Below, piece by piece: positions 1 to 8,390 of a stretch of DNA of 64,000 nucleotides. Each line of letters starts with the position of its first letter. Positions within the stretch are counted from its first letter, which is position 1. A program made the position numbers and the translations under genes. The DNA comes from a virus. The stretch lies in the IMG/VR virus record IMGVR_UViG_3300020182_000010, positions 91,153-155,152 of that record. One strand, written 5' to 3'. The notes beneath the pieces are model-generated. The model searched no databases. It was not told where the DNA came from and saw only the letters and a program-made list of their open reading frames with translations.

Positions 1-178
1 GTTTTTTATTTAAGACTACTTCTCGTATATTATATTCATTGCCATGTAAAAATTCAGAGGTATGTAATACCCCCATCGCGGTTGGTTTATTTAACAATGT
101 CGAATAATGTTTTGCTAAACTGCGACTTGCAGTTCTTGGAAAACTGATTACCGCTATATTACAAATAGTGTTTGACAT
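1..178 (-). CDS. Partial (3'-truncated by window) sulfotransferase-like protein
   Basis: ATG at 178 reads MSNTICNIAVISFPRTASRSL..., open to window edge; PRTAS resembles the PAPS-binding 5'-PSB loop. Confidence 0.45.
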   Translation of the reverse strand, partial: MSNTICNIAVISFPRTASRSLAKHYSTLLNKPTAMGVLHTSEFLHGNEYNIREVVLNKK

Positions 179-179
179 A

Positions 180-908
180 TCATACATTTCCCGGTGATAC
201 GTTGTTTAAAATAAAAGAATCTACCGCATATTTTGCAAAATCTTCTCCGTAATGAAACGTATGTTTAGTAGAAAAATTGTTATCCTTCGCATAATTAGTA
301 TAGGCAAATGGTATGCTATTAAGTTTTAATATGCTTTTAGATTCTAGAATCCAAGACAAATCATTCCAATTTGAACTCAACGAATGACTTTTTTCTTCGT
401 CTGTGAGCATGGCATCTTCTATATCTGAAAACATAAACTTGCATGGTATGTTTTCATTGTCACAGAATGATTTTAATAATATTATATGTTGAAGTAAATC
501 TGTCTTATCTTGTATTGAATTTTGTATATATTCAAAATACCCAAGTGCTGCTGCATTGAAACCTCTACCCTGATTTAATTTTTCATACCATAAAGATAGT
601 GTAACTGGGTTATTAAGTGTTTTTAAAAACAATTCACGCCTATGTGAATATGTCATCATAAACACTGCGTTGGGTTTCTTGTTTTGTTGAATTAAGTTTT
701 TTATACCGATTATTGCTTTTCGTGTGATTAAATTGTTCGATGCTCCTGGTCTAGAATCGTTAATGACCGATACCCCCATCTGTTCTCCTAACAAAGCCGG
801 CCACGAAAATTTGCTGGTTTTGAAATTATCGACAAATGTATTACCCACATCATCCATTCCAAATCCTTGTGTATGAGAACAGCCACCTGCATATAAAATA
901 TTTTCCAT
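180..908 (-). CDS. SGNH/GDSL-like hydrolase-family phage protein
   Basis: GCSHTQG, SWPALL, PGASN and C-terminal HY motifs; start at 908 is coupled by TAATG to the upstream stop. Confidence 0.55.
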   Translation of the reverse strand: MENILYAGGCSHTQGFGMDDVGNTFVDNFKTSKFSWPALLGEQMGVSVINDSRPGASNNLITRKAIIGIKNLIQQNKKPNAVFMMTYSHRRELFLKTLNNPVTLSLWYEKLNQGRGFNAAALGYFEYIQNSIQDKTDLLQHIILLKSFCDNENIPCKFMFSDIEDAMLTDEEKSHSLSSNWNDLSWILESKSILKLNSIPFAYTNYAKDNNFSTKHTFHYGEDFAKYAVDSFILNNVSPGNV

Positions 909-1501
909 TAGATATTTATTGTTTTTCGCATATTTTCGCATAGTCTTATATCTTTAAGTGGTATGTTTGGAATTTCAAAATGTAAGCACAATCTATTTTC
1001 CGTAACATTTTTAACGCCGTGCCGTTTTGTAATGTTTAGAAATGTCGGAGAAGTTATTTGATACTCTCCGCCATCTTCATAATACGTGATTGATGACGAA
1101 ATCCCCCACAGAGGTATCATCAGAACCGTATTTTTTCTATATGGAAAATCTGAGTGTGTAGGCACATCTTCTCCTGCATGTTGAAGGAAAAATGAAACAT
1201 CACCAATAACGATGTCGTTGTCAATTTTTTCTGATAACTGTTTTATTATATTTGCAATTGTAGGATGAGTAGTGTCACACTTTGAAACAAAATCAGTACG
1301 CTTGTGTACTTTTTTTGTAATCGATTTTTTCAAATCTTTAATCGTATTACCGATTACGTTTATCCCTGTATTTTTACAGAATTCATCTTTGTGATTAATA
1401 TCAATATCATCAATATCATATGATCGCAGAGAGTTATAATAAGAAGTTAATACATCCACATCATAATCTAAATCTATGACTAGTACTTCACGATCATCCA
1501 T
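908..1501 (-). CDS. 2OG-Fe(II) oxygenase (DSBH fold)
   Basis: PTHSD (HxD), then RHGVKN and a downstream R. Confidence 0.65.
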   Translation of the reverse strand: MDDREVLVIDLDYDVDVLTSYYNSLRSYDIDDIDINHKDEFCKNTGINVIGNTIKDLKKSITKKVHKRTDFVSKCDTTHPTIANIIKQLSEKIDNDIVIGDVSFFLQHAGEDVPTHSDFPYRKNTVLMIPLWGISSSITYYEDGGEYQITSPTFLNITKRHGVKNVTENRLCLHFEIPNIPLKDIRLCENMRKTINI

Positions 1502-1570
1502 GAGGTAATTTATCCAAATTCTCTATCTCCATAGTAATTATATGTATTCAAAAAACTATATTCATATTTA

Positions 1571-2248
1571 TTATATTATAAACTGTGTTCGCCATAACAT
1601 ACGTTCACCCTCGAATGCTACTCTTTTATGGATCATTTTTAGATTGTCCCAGATTAATATCTCGTTATCCTGCCATTCATGCATATATGCATTTGCTTCT
1701 ACCCATTCTTTAATAGGACGTAAGTCTATTTCATTATTGCGCAATGTGTTTATACTACAATATAGTATATCTTCACCAGTGACATGATGCTTAATATTAA
1801 ATGGTCGCTTTATTTTTTGTTTCTCTAGTAATCGTAGTTGTCTATCAGTAAAACATTCGCCATGCAAATGTATAGGAGGGTAGTATTCACCTATAGAATC
1901 TTTATACAGTTCTCTAAGTTCAAGTGGTGCATTACTCATATTACAGAACCAAGTTGGTGAAAGATGAGCATTTTTTACATTGTACAATATTGTACCAAAG
2001 TAGTTTCCTCTACCATAACTCCAATCATTATGCCAGTCTACATCGCCGGTATTGAACAATCCATTATTACTTAACTCTTGCACAGTACGATTGTCATTAA
2101 TCACATGCTTGTCTGTGATTAATGGTTTTCCTAATTCACTGACAATATACTCGAAATCTGTTAATGTTATTGAACTATTTAATGAGACTTTCACAAGACC
2201 ATTCGTCATAAGATCCTGCTTGATGGTCTCTATATTCAATTGTTTCAT
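1571..2248 (-). CDS. TauD/TfdA-family dioxygenase
   Basis: WHND, HEWQDNEILIWDNLKMIHKR, RMLWR. Confidence 0.8.
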   Translation of the reverse strand: MKQLNIETIKQDLMTNGLVKVSLNSSITLTDFEYIVSELGKPLITDKHVINDNRTVQELSNNGLFNTGDVDWHNDWSYGRGNYFGTILYNVKNAHLSPTWFCNMSNAPLELRELYKDSIGEYYPPIHLHGECFTDRQLRLLEKQKIKRPFNIKHHVTGEDILYCSINTLRNNEIDLRPIKEWVEANAYMHEWQDNEILIWDNLKMIHKRVAFEGERMLWRTQFII

Positions 2249-3110
2249 CTACCTTTTCCTTTACTTCCTCGTCTCTATACCAAATACCTGCTCTCCACAA
2301 TTCGCGGTCGCCAGTATATGCTTCTCTTTTATGTAGACTGTGATGTTGGTCACTAAAACAGATATCATAATTATTCCATTCGTGTTCATACACATATTTT
2401 TCATCTTGTGTATGCTTTTTCAGTTTATAATATAAGTTATGCTGTGCATCTTTAGAAATTCCACTAAATCCTCGAATAACAGTCCAAGGAAAATATAGGC
2501 CTTCCTTATTATTGATAGGGTGAGTTGTGACTAAATCTTTTCTTGGTGTTTGTTTTTCGAAACTGTTTTGTCCATCTATATCTTTGAACTCCATCATAGT
2601 TTGTTCATCACTAAAAATTCTCTTGTAATACATTTGCTCAAGTTTCAACTTAGCATTATATGTTACGATTTTAGACTTTATGTTACGAAGAATGTCTTTT
2701 GTATTATCATCCAAATCTGCAAAAGCCGTTTGACTATCAGAGAAGAACGTATTTCCACCACTCTCTGCATTTTGATGCATGTACATAACTACAACATCAT
2801 CATGTCCCTTACGATTCATTCCAGCACTATGCCACTCTAATTCACCGTCTTCTTCACCGCTAAATAATCCATTTTTTCTAACTTTAATAAGTTCGCCATG
2901 TCCCGCGACATTTCCTTTGACTTTTGTATTTTGTGATACCACCTCACCAATTGTTTTATAAAATGATACTAGAGTTTCTGGTGGTACTGGATCATTATTT
3001 CTCACTACCACTACACGGCAATCACCTATTAGTTCTCTAATTTTATCTGCATCGTTTTCATAATCGCATTCAGTCACAATTGCTGCAAATTTATTTTTTT
3101 CTACAATCAT
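2175..3110 (-). CDS. TauD/TfdA-family Fe/2OG enzyme with HxA motif (candidate halogenase)
   Basis: WHSAG, GGNTFFSD, HP, HEW...SDQHHSLHKR, RELWR. Confidence 0.75.
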   Translation of the reverse strand: MIVEKNKFAAIVTECDYENDADKIRELIGDCRVVVVRNNDPVPPETLVSFYKTIGEVVSQNTKVKGNVAGHGELIKVRKNGLFSGEEDGELEWHSAGMNRKGHDDVVVMYMHQNAESGGNTFFSDSQTAFADLDDNTKDILRNIKSKIVTYNAKLKLEQMYYKRIFSDEQTMMEFKDIDGQNSFEKQTPRKDLVTTHPINNKEGLYFPWTVIRGFSGISKDAQHNLYYKLKKHTQDEKYVYEHEWNNYDICFSDQHHSLHKREAYTGDRELWRAGIWYRDEEVKEKVDETIEYRDHQAGSYDEWSCESLIK

Positions 3111-3663
3111 TTTTCACTCTTTCTAACCCTATATTTATACAGTCTTTCGTCAATGGAAGCCAAGTTATATTTTGTTCACAACTACTATCTCCGTTGCATA
3201 CATAAAACTGGTCTGTTTCCATGATCCAGTCTGGCCATTGCATTTTGTTGTGCAAGAAGTATTTAAATCCATTAATACCGAACTTACCTTCTCTACTCAT
3301 AAATGCATAATCAAATTTAAGATTGCCAACTAATTCTATCTGCTGTTCAATCATTTGTTTTGTATATTCAATATCGTTAACCGCAAATCTATAATCCGAA
3401 GATTTAATAAATCTATTTAGAACCCTACATCCATTTCCATAAAATTGTTTTCTATGTAAAACAGAAGAAAACCCCAATATTTTACCAGATTGCGTTTCAT
3501 ACGTTGATGCTCCAACCCAATCATCAATGTTTAACCGCTTCATTGTATAATTATATTTTAGATTGTCTTGAAAATTTGATTGTGTAATAAACTGTTTTAT
3601 GCTTTCAATATATGATTCCCAATTATTATCGGCAGAATTTATTGTTTTAATAGTTAAATTCAT
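3091..3663 (-). CDS. Hypothetical protein, possible GNAT fold
   Basis: ILGFSSV...RVLNRF...YR pattern; operonic overlaps with both neighbours. Confidence 0.4.
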   Translation of the reverse strand: MNLTIKTINSADNNWESYIESIKQFITQSNFQDNLKYNYTMKRLNIDDWVGASTYETQSGKILGFSSVLHRKQFYGNGCRVLNRFIKSSDYRFAVNDIEYTKQMIEQQIELVGNLKFDYAFMSREGKFGINGFKYFLHNKMQWPDWIMETDQFYVCNGDSSCEQNITWLPLTKDCINIGLERVKNDCRKK

Positions 3664-4582
3664 TTTGCTTCACATGTTCAAAGAATGGCGCAATTGTCCA
3701 ATTCTGAGTCAACCGTCCTCTACTAGTGTTATCATGATCAATAACACCGTCATCGTCAATTTCCCAATCAATTAATCTTACGTATACTGGTCCTGCTTGT
3801 GTTTCATACTCAAACATCCAGGATGAAAGAGTTTCACCACTTTGTGGTCCTGCCGCAACAACTCCCGCTGCAGTCTTATATATGTCTTTTTCATTAATAC
3901 CTAGTTGTAATTTTGCTATATCTTTAAGTTCTTGTATATTATATGAAGAATTTTCCATATATCTACCAATTTGTCCCACACTTTTCATTCGAAGTACGGG
4001 ACGAATTCTATTATATGGCGGAGTAGTATTAAAATCTATTCCACTATTGCAGGCTAGTTCACCAAATAATTCTATTTGTCTTTTTAATGTATGTTCGTTT
4101 ACATTTTTTGCAATGATTGTACCAGTGTTCACTGGCAGTCTCGCATCAAAAACATTTTTCAATGCTCTAACTTTTACCGTTGACCAATTGCCTTCATCTA
4201 ATACTTTGTATACATTATCATCATCTGCGCCGTTCATACTAAGCAATAGTAATCTGAGGCCTGCATCTTTTAGATTGGATGTGTAACTCTTATTTGCTAA
4301 CTTTAGTCCGTTGGTAGTTAGACTAGGGCGATGTCCTAATCTTTTTGTAGTTGCAATAATCTCACATATATCCTCTCTCATAGTAGGTTCTGCTCCTATT
4401 AATCTGATATAGGTACGAGCAGGTAATCGTTTGATAATGTCAAATAATTTATTTTTATCAATATCTGGAATATCACGATTTGGAATATAACAGTTAGCAC
4501 ACTCCATGTTACATCGATGAGTTAGATCAACTACAATGTTACTGAATGTATTATTTTCTGGTTCTAATTCGTAATAATTCAT
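3647..4582 (-). CDS. Radical SAM enzyme (MoaA-like core)
   Basis: CNMECANC (CxxxCxxC), GAEPT, TTNG. Confidence 0.9.
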   Translation of the reverse strand: MNYYELEPENNTFSNIVVDLTHRCNMECANCYIPNRDIPDIDKNKLFDIIKRLPARTYIRLIGAEPTMREDICEIIATTKRLGHRPSLTTNGLKLANKSYTSNLKDAGLRLLLLSMNGADDDNVYKVLDEGNWSTVKVRALKNVFDARLPVNTGTIIAKNVNEHTLKRQIELFGELACNSGIDFNTTPPYNRIRPVLRMKSVGQIGRYMENSSYNIQELKDIAKLQLGINEKDIYKTAAGVVAAGPQSGETLSSWMFEYETQAGPVYVRLIDWEIDDDGVIDHDNTSRGRLTQNWTIAPFFEHVKQNEFNY

Positions 4583-4918
4583 TTATGATTCAATTGATTT
4601 GTATTCTGCCTGTGTTATAGTCTCTATGTCACTTATTACTAAATATTCACCTAATGATTGTAATAACATTGTTAGATCATTATGCATATCAGATGCATGA
4701 GCCTTATATCGGTAGTAATTGGTCTGGAGCACATTGGAACCGTTATCTACTCTGGTAGATTTTCTATCACCACTAATGTCAAGCTCTTTTTCATCAGATA
4801 GCCGATATGTTATACTGGTGAATTGATCTGAACCAATTGTTTCTTCAAACCACGATAGATATTGATCATGGTTTTTTCCATCTGGGTAATCTATACTAAC
4901 TGTAAATTTATATGGCAT
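4583..4918 (-). CDS. Hypothetical 111-aa protein, first gene of the tailoring operon
   Basis: ORF with AAGGA RBS directly after a TATAAATA box. Confidence 0.7.
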   Translation of the reverse strand: MPYKFTVSIDYPDGKNHDQYLSWFEETIGSDQFTSITYRLSDEKELDISGDRKSTRVDNGSNVLQTNYYRYKAHASDMHNDLTMLLQSLGEYLVISDIETITQAEYKSIES

Positions 4919-4962
4919 TTTTGTTTTCCTTTTGTTTTAATTAAATAATTTATCTAGTTATC

Positions 4963-4970
4963 TATTTATA
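4963..4970 (-). promoter_or_regulatory. T4-type late promoter TATAAATA
   Basis: Exact T4 late consensus, between a terminator and the operon start. Confidence 0.7.
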
Positions 4971-4990
4971 TAATTATATAATTAAGTAAA

Positions 4991-5017
4991 TTGGTCTGGG
5001 CAAATTGCCCAGACCAA
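4991..5017 (-). terminator. Intrinsic terminator hairpin
   Basis: TTGGTCTGGGCAA/TTGCCCAGACCAA perfect inverted repeat. Confidence 0.7.
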
Positions 5018-5023
5018 CATCTA

Positions 5024-5374
5024 TTATTTTCCTTTGTTTACAAAATTGTAAAACTGTTGTGCAGCTTCAAGAATTTGTTCTGTTCCTGGAACTTCTGGCA
5101 TTTCTACCTTCGTTACAACTTCATCATGTTCTTTGCGAACTGATGTTTCGAACATACCATATTTTGCATAATAGTCCTGCCACATTTGTGATTGTGCCAT
5201 TTCTAATACTTGAGTGCGAATTTCATAACCATTTTTATTAAAAGTTACTTTAGGAAGTGAAGGAGGTGTCATTTTTTGAAATGCTTCTGTAAATGCCTCT
5301 GGTTTCATTCCGGTGTTTTTGTATAAATCGCTGAATTTTTCAGCCATCTCTGTCATTTGTTTCATATCGAACAT
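5024..5374 (-). CDS. Hypothetical phage protein (KNGYEIR motif)
   Basis: AAGGAG RBS; immediately downstream of the tmRNA. Confidence 0.75.
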   Translation of the reverse strand: MFDMKQMTEMAEKFSDLYKNTGMKPEAFTEAFQKMTPPSLPKVTFNKNGYEIRTQVLEMAQSQMWQDYYAKYGMFETSVRKEHDEVVTKVEMPEVPGTEQILEAAQQFYNFVNKGK

Positions 5375-5400
5375 ATTGTTCTCCTTTGTGTGTGTGTGTT

Positions 5401-5667
5401 GTGTAACTATTCTGTTGCTAGGTCAGTTACCAACCCCCACGTGCTTAAATTAAGCCGCTAATGCCATTTCTGGCGCATAATTGTTATTTGCAATTATAAA
5501 GTTTATTCGCGGTAACGGCGCTTATATCCCGGTAACTCCATTCATCTATCTTGTCAGTCGATCCTATTTCAGCCCCATAAGAAACACACTTATCTAAATG
5601 TGCTTATGGTGGAGCTGCGCGGTACTGCCCCACGGTCCTGTCCAATCATCAAATCACTTCAACGTTA
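5401..5667 (-). ncRNA. ssrA: tmRNA, circularly permuted two-piece (alphaproteobacterial type)
   Basis: Acceptor piece ends CGTGG-GGCAGTA-CCGCG-CAGCTCCACCA (CCA at 5607); 30-nt spacer; coding piece starts GGGGCTG (5576) giving a G3:U70 pair; tag frame 5491-5450 reads ANNNYAPEMALAA*; outer ends are approximate. Confidence 0.95.
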
Positions 5668-5672
5668 CATTC

Positions 5673-5704
5673 TATTTATAACATATTTTGATAGTGTTGT
5701 CAAG
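5673..5704 (-). promoter_or_regulatory. Dual promoter for tmRNA: sigma70 TTGACA-17-TATAAA overlapping late TATAAATA
   Basis: cTTGACA acactatcaaaatatgt TATAAATA. Confidence 0.7.
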
Positions 5705-6278
5705 TGTTGAATTTATTTTTAATAATTTCAACTACTCTGTCAGATAGAACTATCTCATAATGGTTTCTATCTACTTCTGCATATTCTATATCATTACGAC
5801 AAGTCATACTTTTACGTGTGACAATGCCATCATTTTCACCTGATATCCATGGTACATCGCCAACTGTTGTGACTACCTGAAGCCAATTACACGAAATATC
5901 AATATTACGACTACCTCTGATAAATCTACTATGTGTTGTAATGTCACTAAACATTTCATATCCAGAAAAGAATTTCATTGTTGCTCCCCAAACCGCAATC
6001 TCACTGCCATTAAATGGTGTTGCTAAACTAACAACATTTTTTATTGTATCAAATTCACTTTGTAAATATGTTGCATATACACCACCAAGACTATGTGCTA
6101 TTACAAAAAATTCATCATCTATATCATTCAAAGTTTTCATCATTATAGCAAGATTATCAACTGCCGCTGTATGTTTACTATAATTTAAATATATAGGATC
6201 TTTACAATCCAAAGATTTCTGAATGAAGGCGAAACTTCTTTCACTAGCAGTTGCCCCATGTATATACACTATTCTCAT
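5700..6278 (-). CDS. Alpha/beta hydrolase
   Basis: YIHG, AHSLGG nucleophile elbow, ATPFNGS, NDGIV, NH. Confidence 0.85.
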   Translation of the reverse strand: MRIVYIHGATASERSFAFIQKSLDCKDPIYLNYSKHTAAVDNLAIMMKTLNDIDDEFFVIAHSLGGVYATYLQSEFDTIKNVVSLATPFNGSEIAVWGATMKFFSGYEMFSDITTHSRFIRGSRNIDISCNWLQVVTTVGDVPWISGENDGIVTRKSMTCRNDIEYAEVDRNHYEIVLSDRVVEIIKNKFNT

Positions 6279-6282
6279 TCAT

Positions 6283-6978
6283 TCAAGTCCTGACGCTGTT
6301 GTGCTTGCGATCCATAAACATCTTTGCTGTTTCAACTGCTACTGCTGCATCTCTACAATACGCATCTGCACCAATTGCTTTTCCAAATTCTTCATTTAGT
6401 GGTGCGCCGCCTACTAGTATTGTATAATCATCACGCATACCTTTTTCAATCATTACATCAATAACAACCTTCATATATGGCATTGTTGTTGTAAGTAATG
6501 CACTCATACCTAATATATCTGGATTATGTTCTTCGATTGCATCAAGATAAGCCTGAACATCGTTATTAATACCAATATCGTGTACATCAAATCCTGCACC
6601 TTCCATCATCATGCCAACTAAGTTCTTACCAATGTCATGTATATCACCTTTAACTGTGCCGATAACCATAGTTCCAACTTGTGGTGCGCCTGTTTCCGCA
6701 AGTAGAGGTTTAAGAATTGACATACCGCCTTTCATAGCGTTTGCTGCCAGTAGCACTTCAGGCACAAACAATATGCCATCTCTGAAGTCGATGCCAACAA
6801 TTGTCATACCAGCAACTAAAGATTCTGTTAGTACACGATATGGTTCCCATCCTCGCTCTAATAGAATATTTGTGCCTTCTTCTACCTCTTCTTTTAGACC
6901 ATCATACAAATCATCGCCCATTTGAATTACTAATTCTTCATCATTTAATTCAGAGAGTACAATATTATCATCTTCCAT
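6283..6978 (-). CDS. Stand-alone cobalamin-binding corrinoid protein (cap + B12 domain; MtbC/split MetH-like)
   Basis: GDIHDIGKNLV (DxHxxG), SALLTTT, VGGAP, GADAY; FVPEVL cap domain. Confidence 0.92.
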   Translation of the reverse strand: MEDDNIVLSELNDEELVIQMGDDLYDGLKEEVEEGTNILLERGWEPYRVLTESLVAGMTIVGIDFRDGILFVPEVLLAANAMKGGMSILKPLLAETGAPQVGTMVIGTVKGDIHDIGKNLVGMMMEGAGFDVHDIGINNDVQAYLDAIEEHNPDILGMSALLTTTMPYMKVVIDVMIEKGMRDDYTILVGGAPLNEEFGKAIGADAYCRDAAVAVETAKMFMDRKHNSVRT

Positions 6979-7009
6979 TATTCTTCTCACTTGTATAGGT
7001 TAACATATC

Positions 7010-7017
7010 TATTTATA
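7010..7017 (-). promoter_or_regulatory. Late promoter TATAAATA
   Basis: Exact consensus upstream of the corrinoid gene. Confidence 0.65.
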
Positions 7018-7023
7018 AGCAAT

Positions 7024-7053
7024 AAAAAAGGGGCGCTATTAGCACCCCTTTTT
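7024..7053 (-). terminator. Intrinsic terminator
   Basis: AAAAAAGGGGCGCT...AGCACCCCTTTTT. Confidence 0.75.
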
Positions 7054-7074
7054 CTCAATATATTCACTTTTATA

Positions 7075-7848
7075 TTAGAATGAAAAACTTAGTGTAACTG
7101 ATGGTGTTACTGTTTCATCATCTACATTATAATTAACATCTGTTTCTACACTGGCACCAGACCAATCAAATTCATGTCCTACGCCGACGTTTTCTAGTAA
7201 ATCGTCTTCGTCACCATTAATATATGTTGTTAAACCATATGTACTAACAGTAGAATCTAATTCATATGCTAATGTATCTGTTTCATATGATACAGTTGTA
7301 CCAAGTGCAACACCTGTAACTTCTGCCGTATCAACCCGTGCACCCCAAGTATATTCTTCAGATGTGCGATTGTAATCCATAGATGCCGTTACATCTACAA
7401 CTGCTAAATCAACATTATATGCAAGTTGTACATTTGACACTTCGGTAATGTCAGTTGTAATATCAGTAAAACCAACTGCTACAGCGGCTGGACCGTATGA
7501 TAATATCACTGATTCATCAATAGTTGGTACTGCAACTGATGAAAAGTCTGATGTTGCTTCTACAAAAATACCGTCTTGGTCACCCAATGATACTGTTGTA
7601 CCTAAAACTTCTGTTCCAACATGCCATTTATCTAGTGCAATTGTGGCACTATCAACTGATTCAAACTCTAGTCCAACGTTTGCTGCACCTTCGCCTGCTG
7701 CAACATCAATACCGATTGTAGTTGTTGCTTCGTACTTATCTGTTGCTTTATTTTCAGCAACTTTCATTTCCACAGAAGCATCAACATCTGCAGCAAATGA
7801 AGTCGTAGCCATTAAAATAGCGGCTACTGTTGTTAGTAATAGTTTCAT
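7075..7848 (-). CDS. Porin-like outer-membrane beta-barrel protein
   Basis: Signal peptide (...TSFA), acidic alternating beta-strands, C-terminal LSFSF BAM signal. Confidence 0.75.
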   Translation of the reverse strand: MKLLLTTVAAILMATTSFAADVDASVEMKVAENKATDKYEATTTIGIDVAAGEGAANVGLEFESVDSATIALDKWHVGTEVLGTTVSLGDQDGIFVEATSDFSSVAVPTIDESVILSYGPAAVAVGFTDITTDITEVSNVQLAYNVDLAVVDVTASMDYNRTSEEYTWGARVDTAEVTGVALGTTVSYETDTLAYELDSTVSTYGLTTYINGDEDDLLENVGVGHEFDWSGASVETDVNYNVDDETVTPSVTLSFSF

Positions 7849-7992
7849 TATTATATTTCCTTTTAAACAAAAATATGAGCAGATAAACTGCTCACACTAT
7901 TCTACTTATACTAATATAATACATTTTTGCTTTATTATCAAGCGGTTATAAAGTTAATATTAGTGTATGTGACATTTATGATACACTTTTAA

Positions 7993-8238
7993 TTATGCTT
8001 TAGTATTTTTCTTTGCATTCTTTTTTGTCTTAGTTTTAGATGCTGGCTTTTTTGTTTTGGTAGTTGGTATGATTTTTTTATCATACCAACCCCATCGATT
8101 TAATAATGGTTCAACTGCATATTTAACTTGTGAGTCATTCCAATTATATAACTTTTTAATATCAGAAAAAAGTTTATCTTTATCTTCATAAATTTGCATC
8201 ATATTAATGATGTTTTTATCTATGTCGATCCAGTTCAT
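7993..8238 (-). CDS. Hypothetical protein with Lys-rich tail
   Basis: ORF coupled by ATGA overlap. Confidence 0.6.
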   Translation of the reverse strand: MNWIDIDKNIINMMQIYEDKDKLFSDIKKLYNWNDSQVKYAVEPLLNRWGWYDKKIIPTTKTKKPASKTKTKKNAKKNTKA

Positions 8239-8390
8239 TCAGATTTCCAGATAGTCCATATACCATATGCAATTGCTGCATATGCAATTAAATCAACTGG
8301 TACAATGAGCATTGCAATTCCAGTTGCAACTAGTGCTGCACCGTCGAGTGTTGTACGTTCTTTTAGTCTATTTTTAATCCAATTAATCAT
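8235..8390 (-). CDS. Small membrane protein (51 aa, not in ORF track)
   Basis: MINWIKNRLKERTTLDGAALVATGIAMLIVPVDLIAYAAIAYGIWTIWKSE; AAGGAG RBS. Confidence 0.75.
   Translation of the reverse strand: MINWIKNRLKERTTLDGAALVATGIAMLIVPVDLIAYAAIAYGIWTIWKSE

Noticed and set aside
2175-2248. Programmed frameshift fusing the two TauD genes (74-nt overlap)
   Set aside because: No clear slippery site or stimulator was seen, and the downstream gene has its own AAGGT RBS and ATG.
5570-5640. tRNA-Ala gene
   Set aside because: It has no anticodon arm, the halves are permuted and a tag frame is present, so it is tmRNA.
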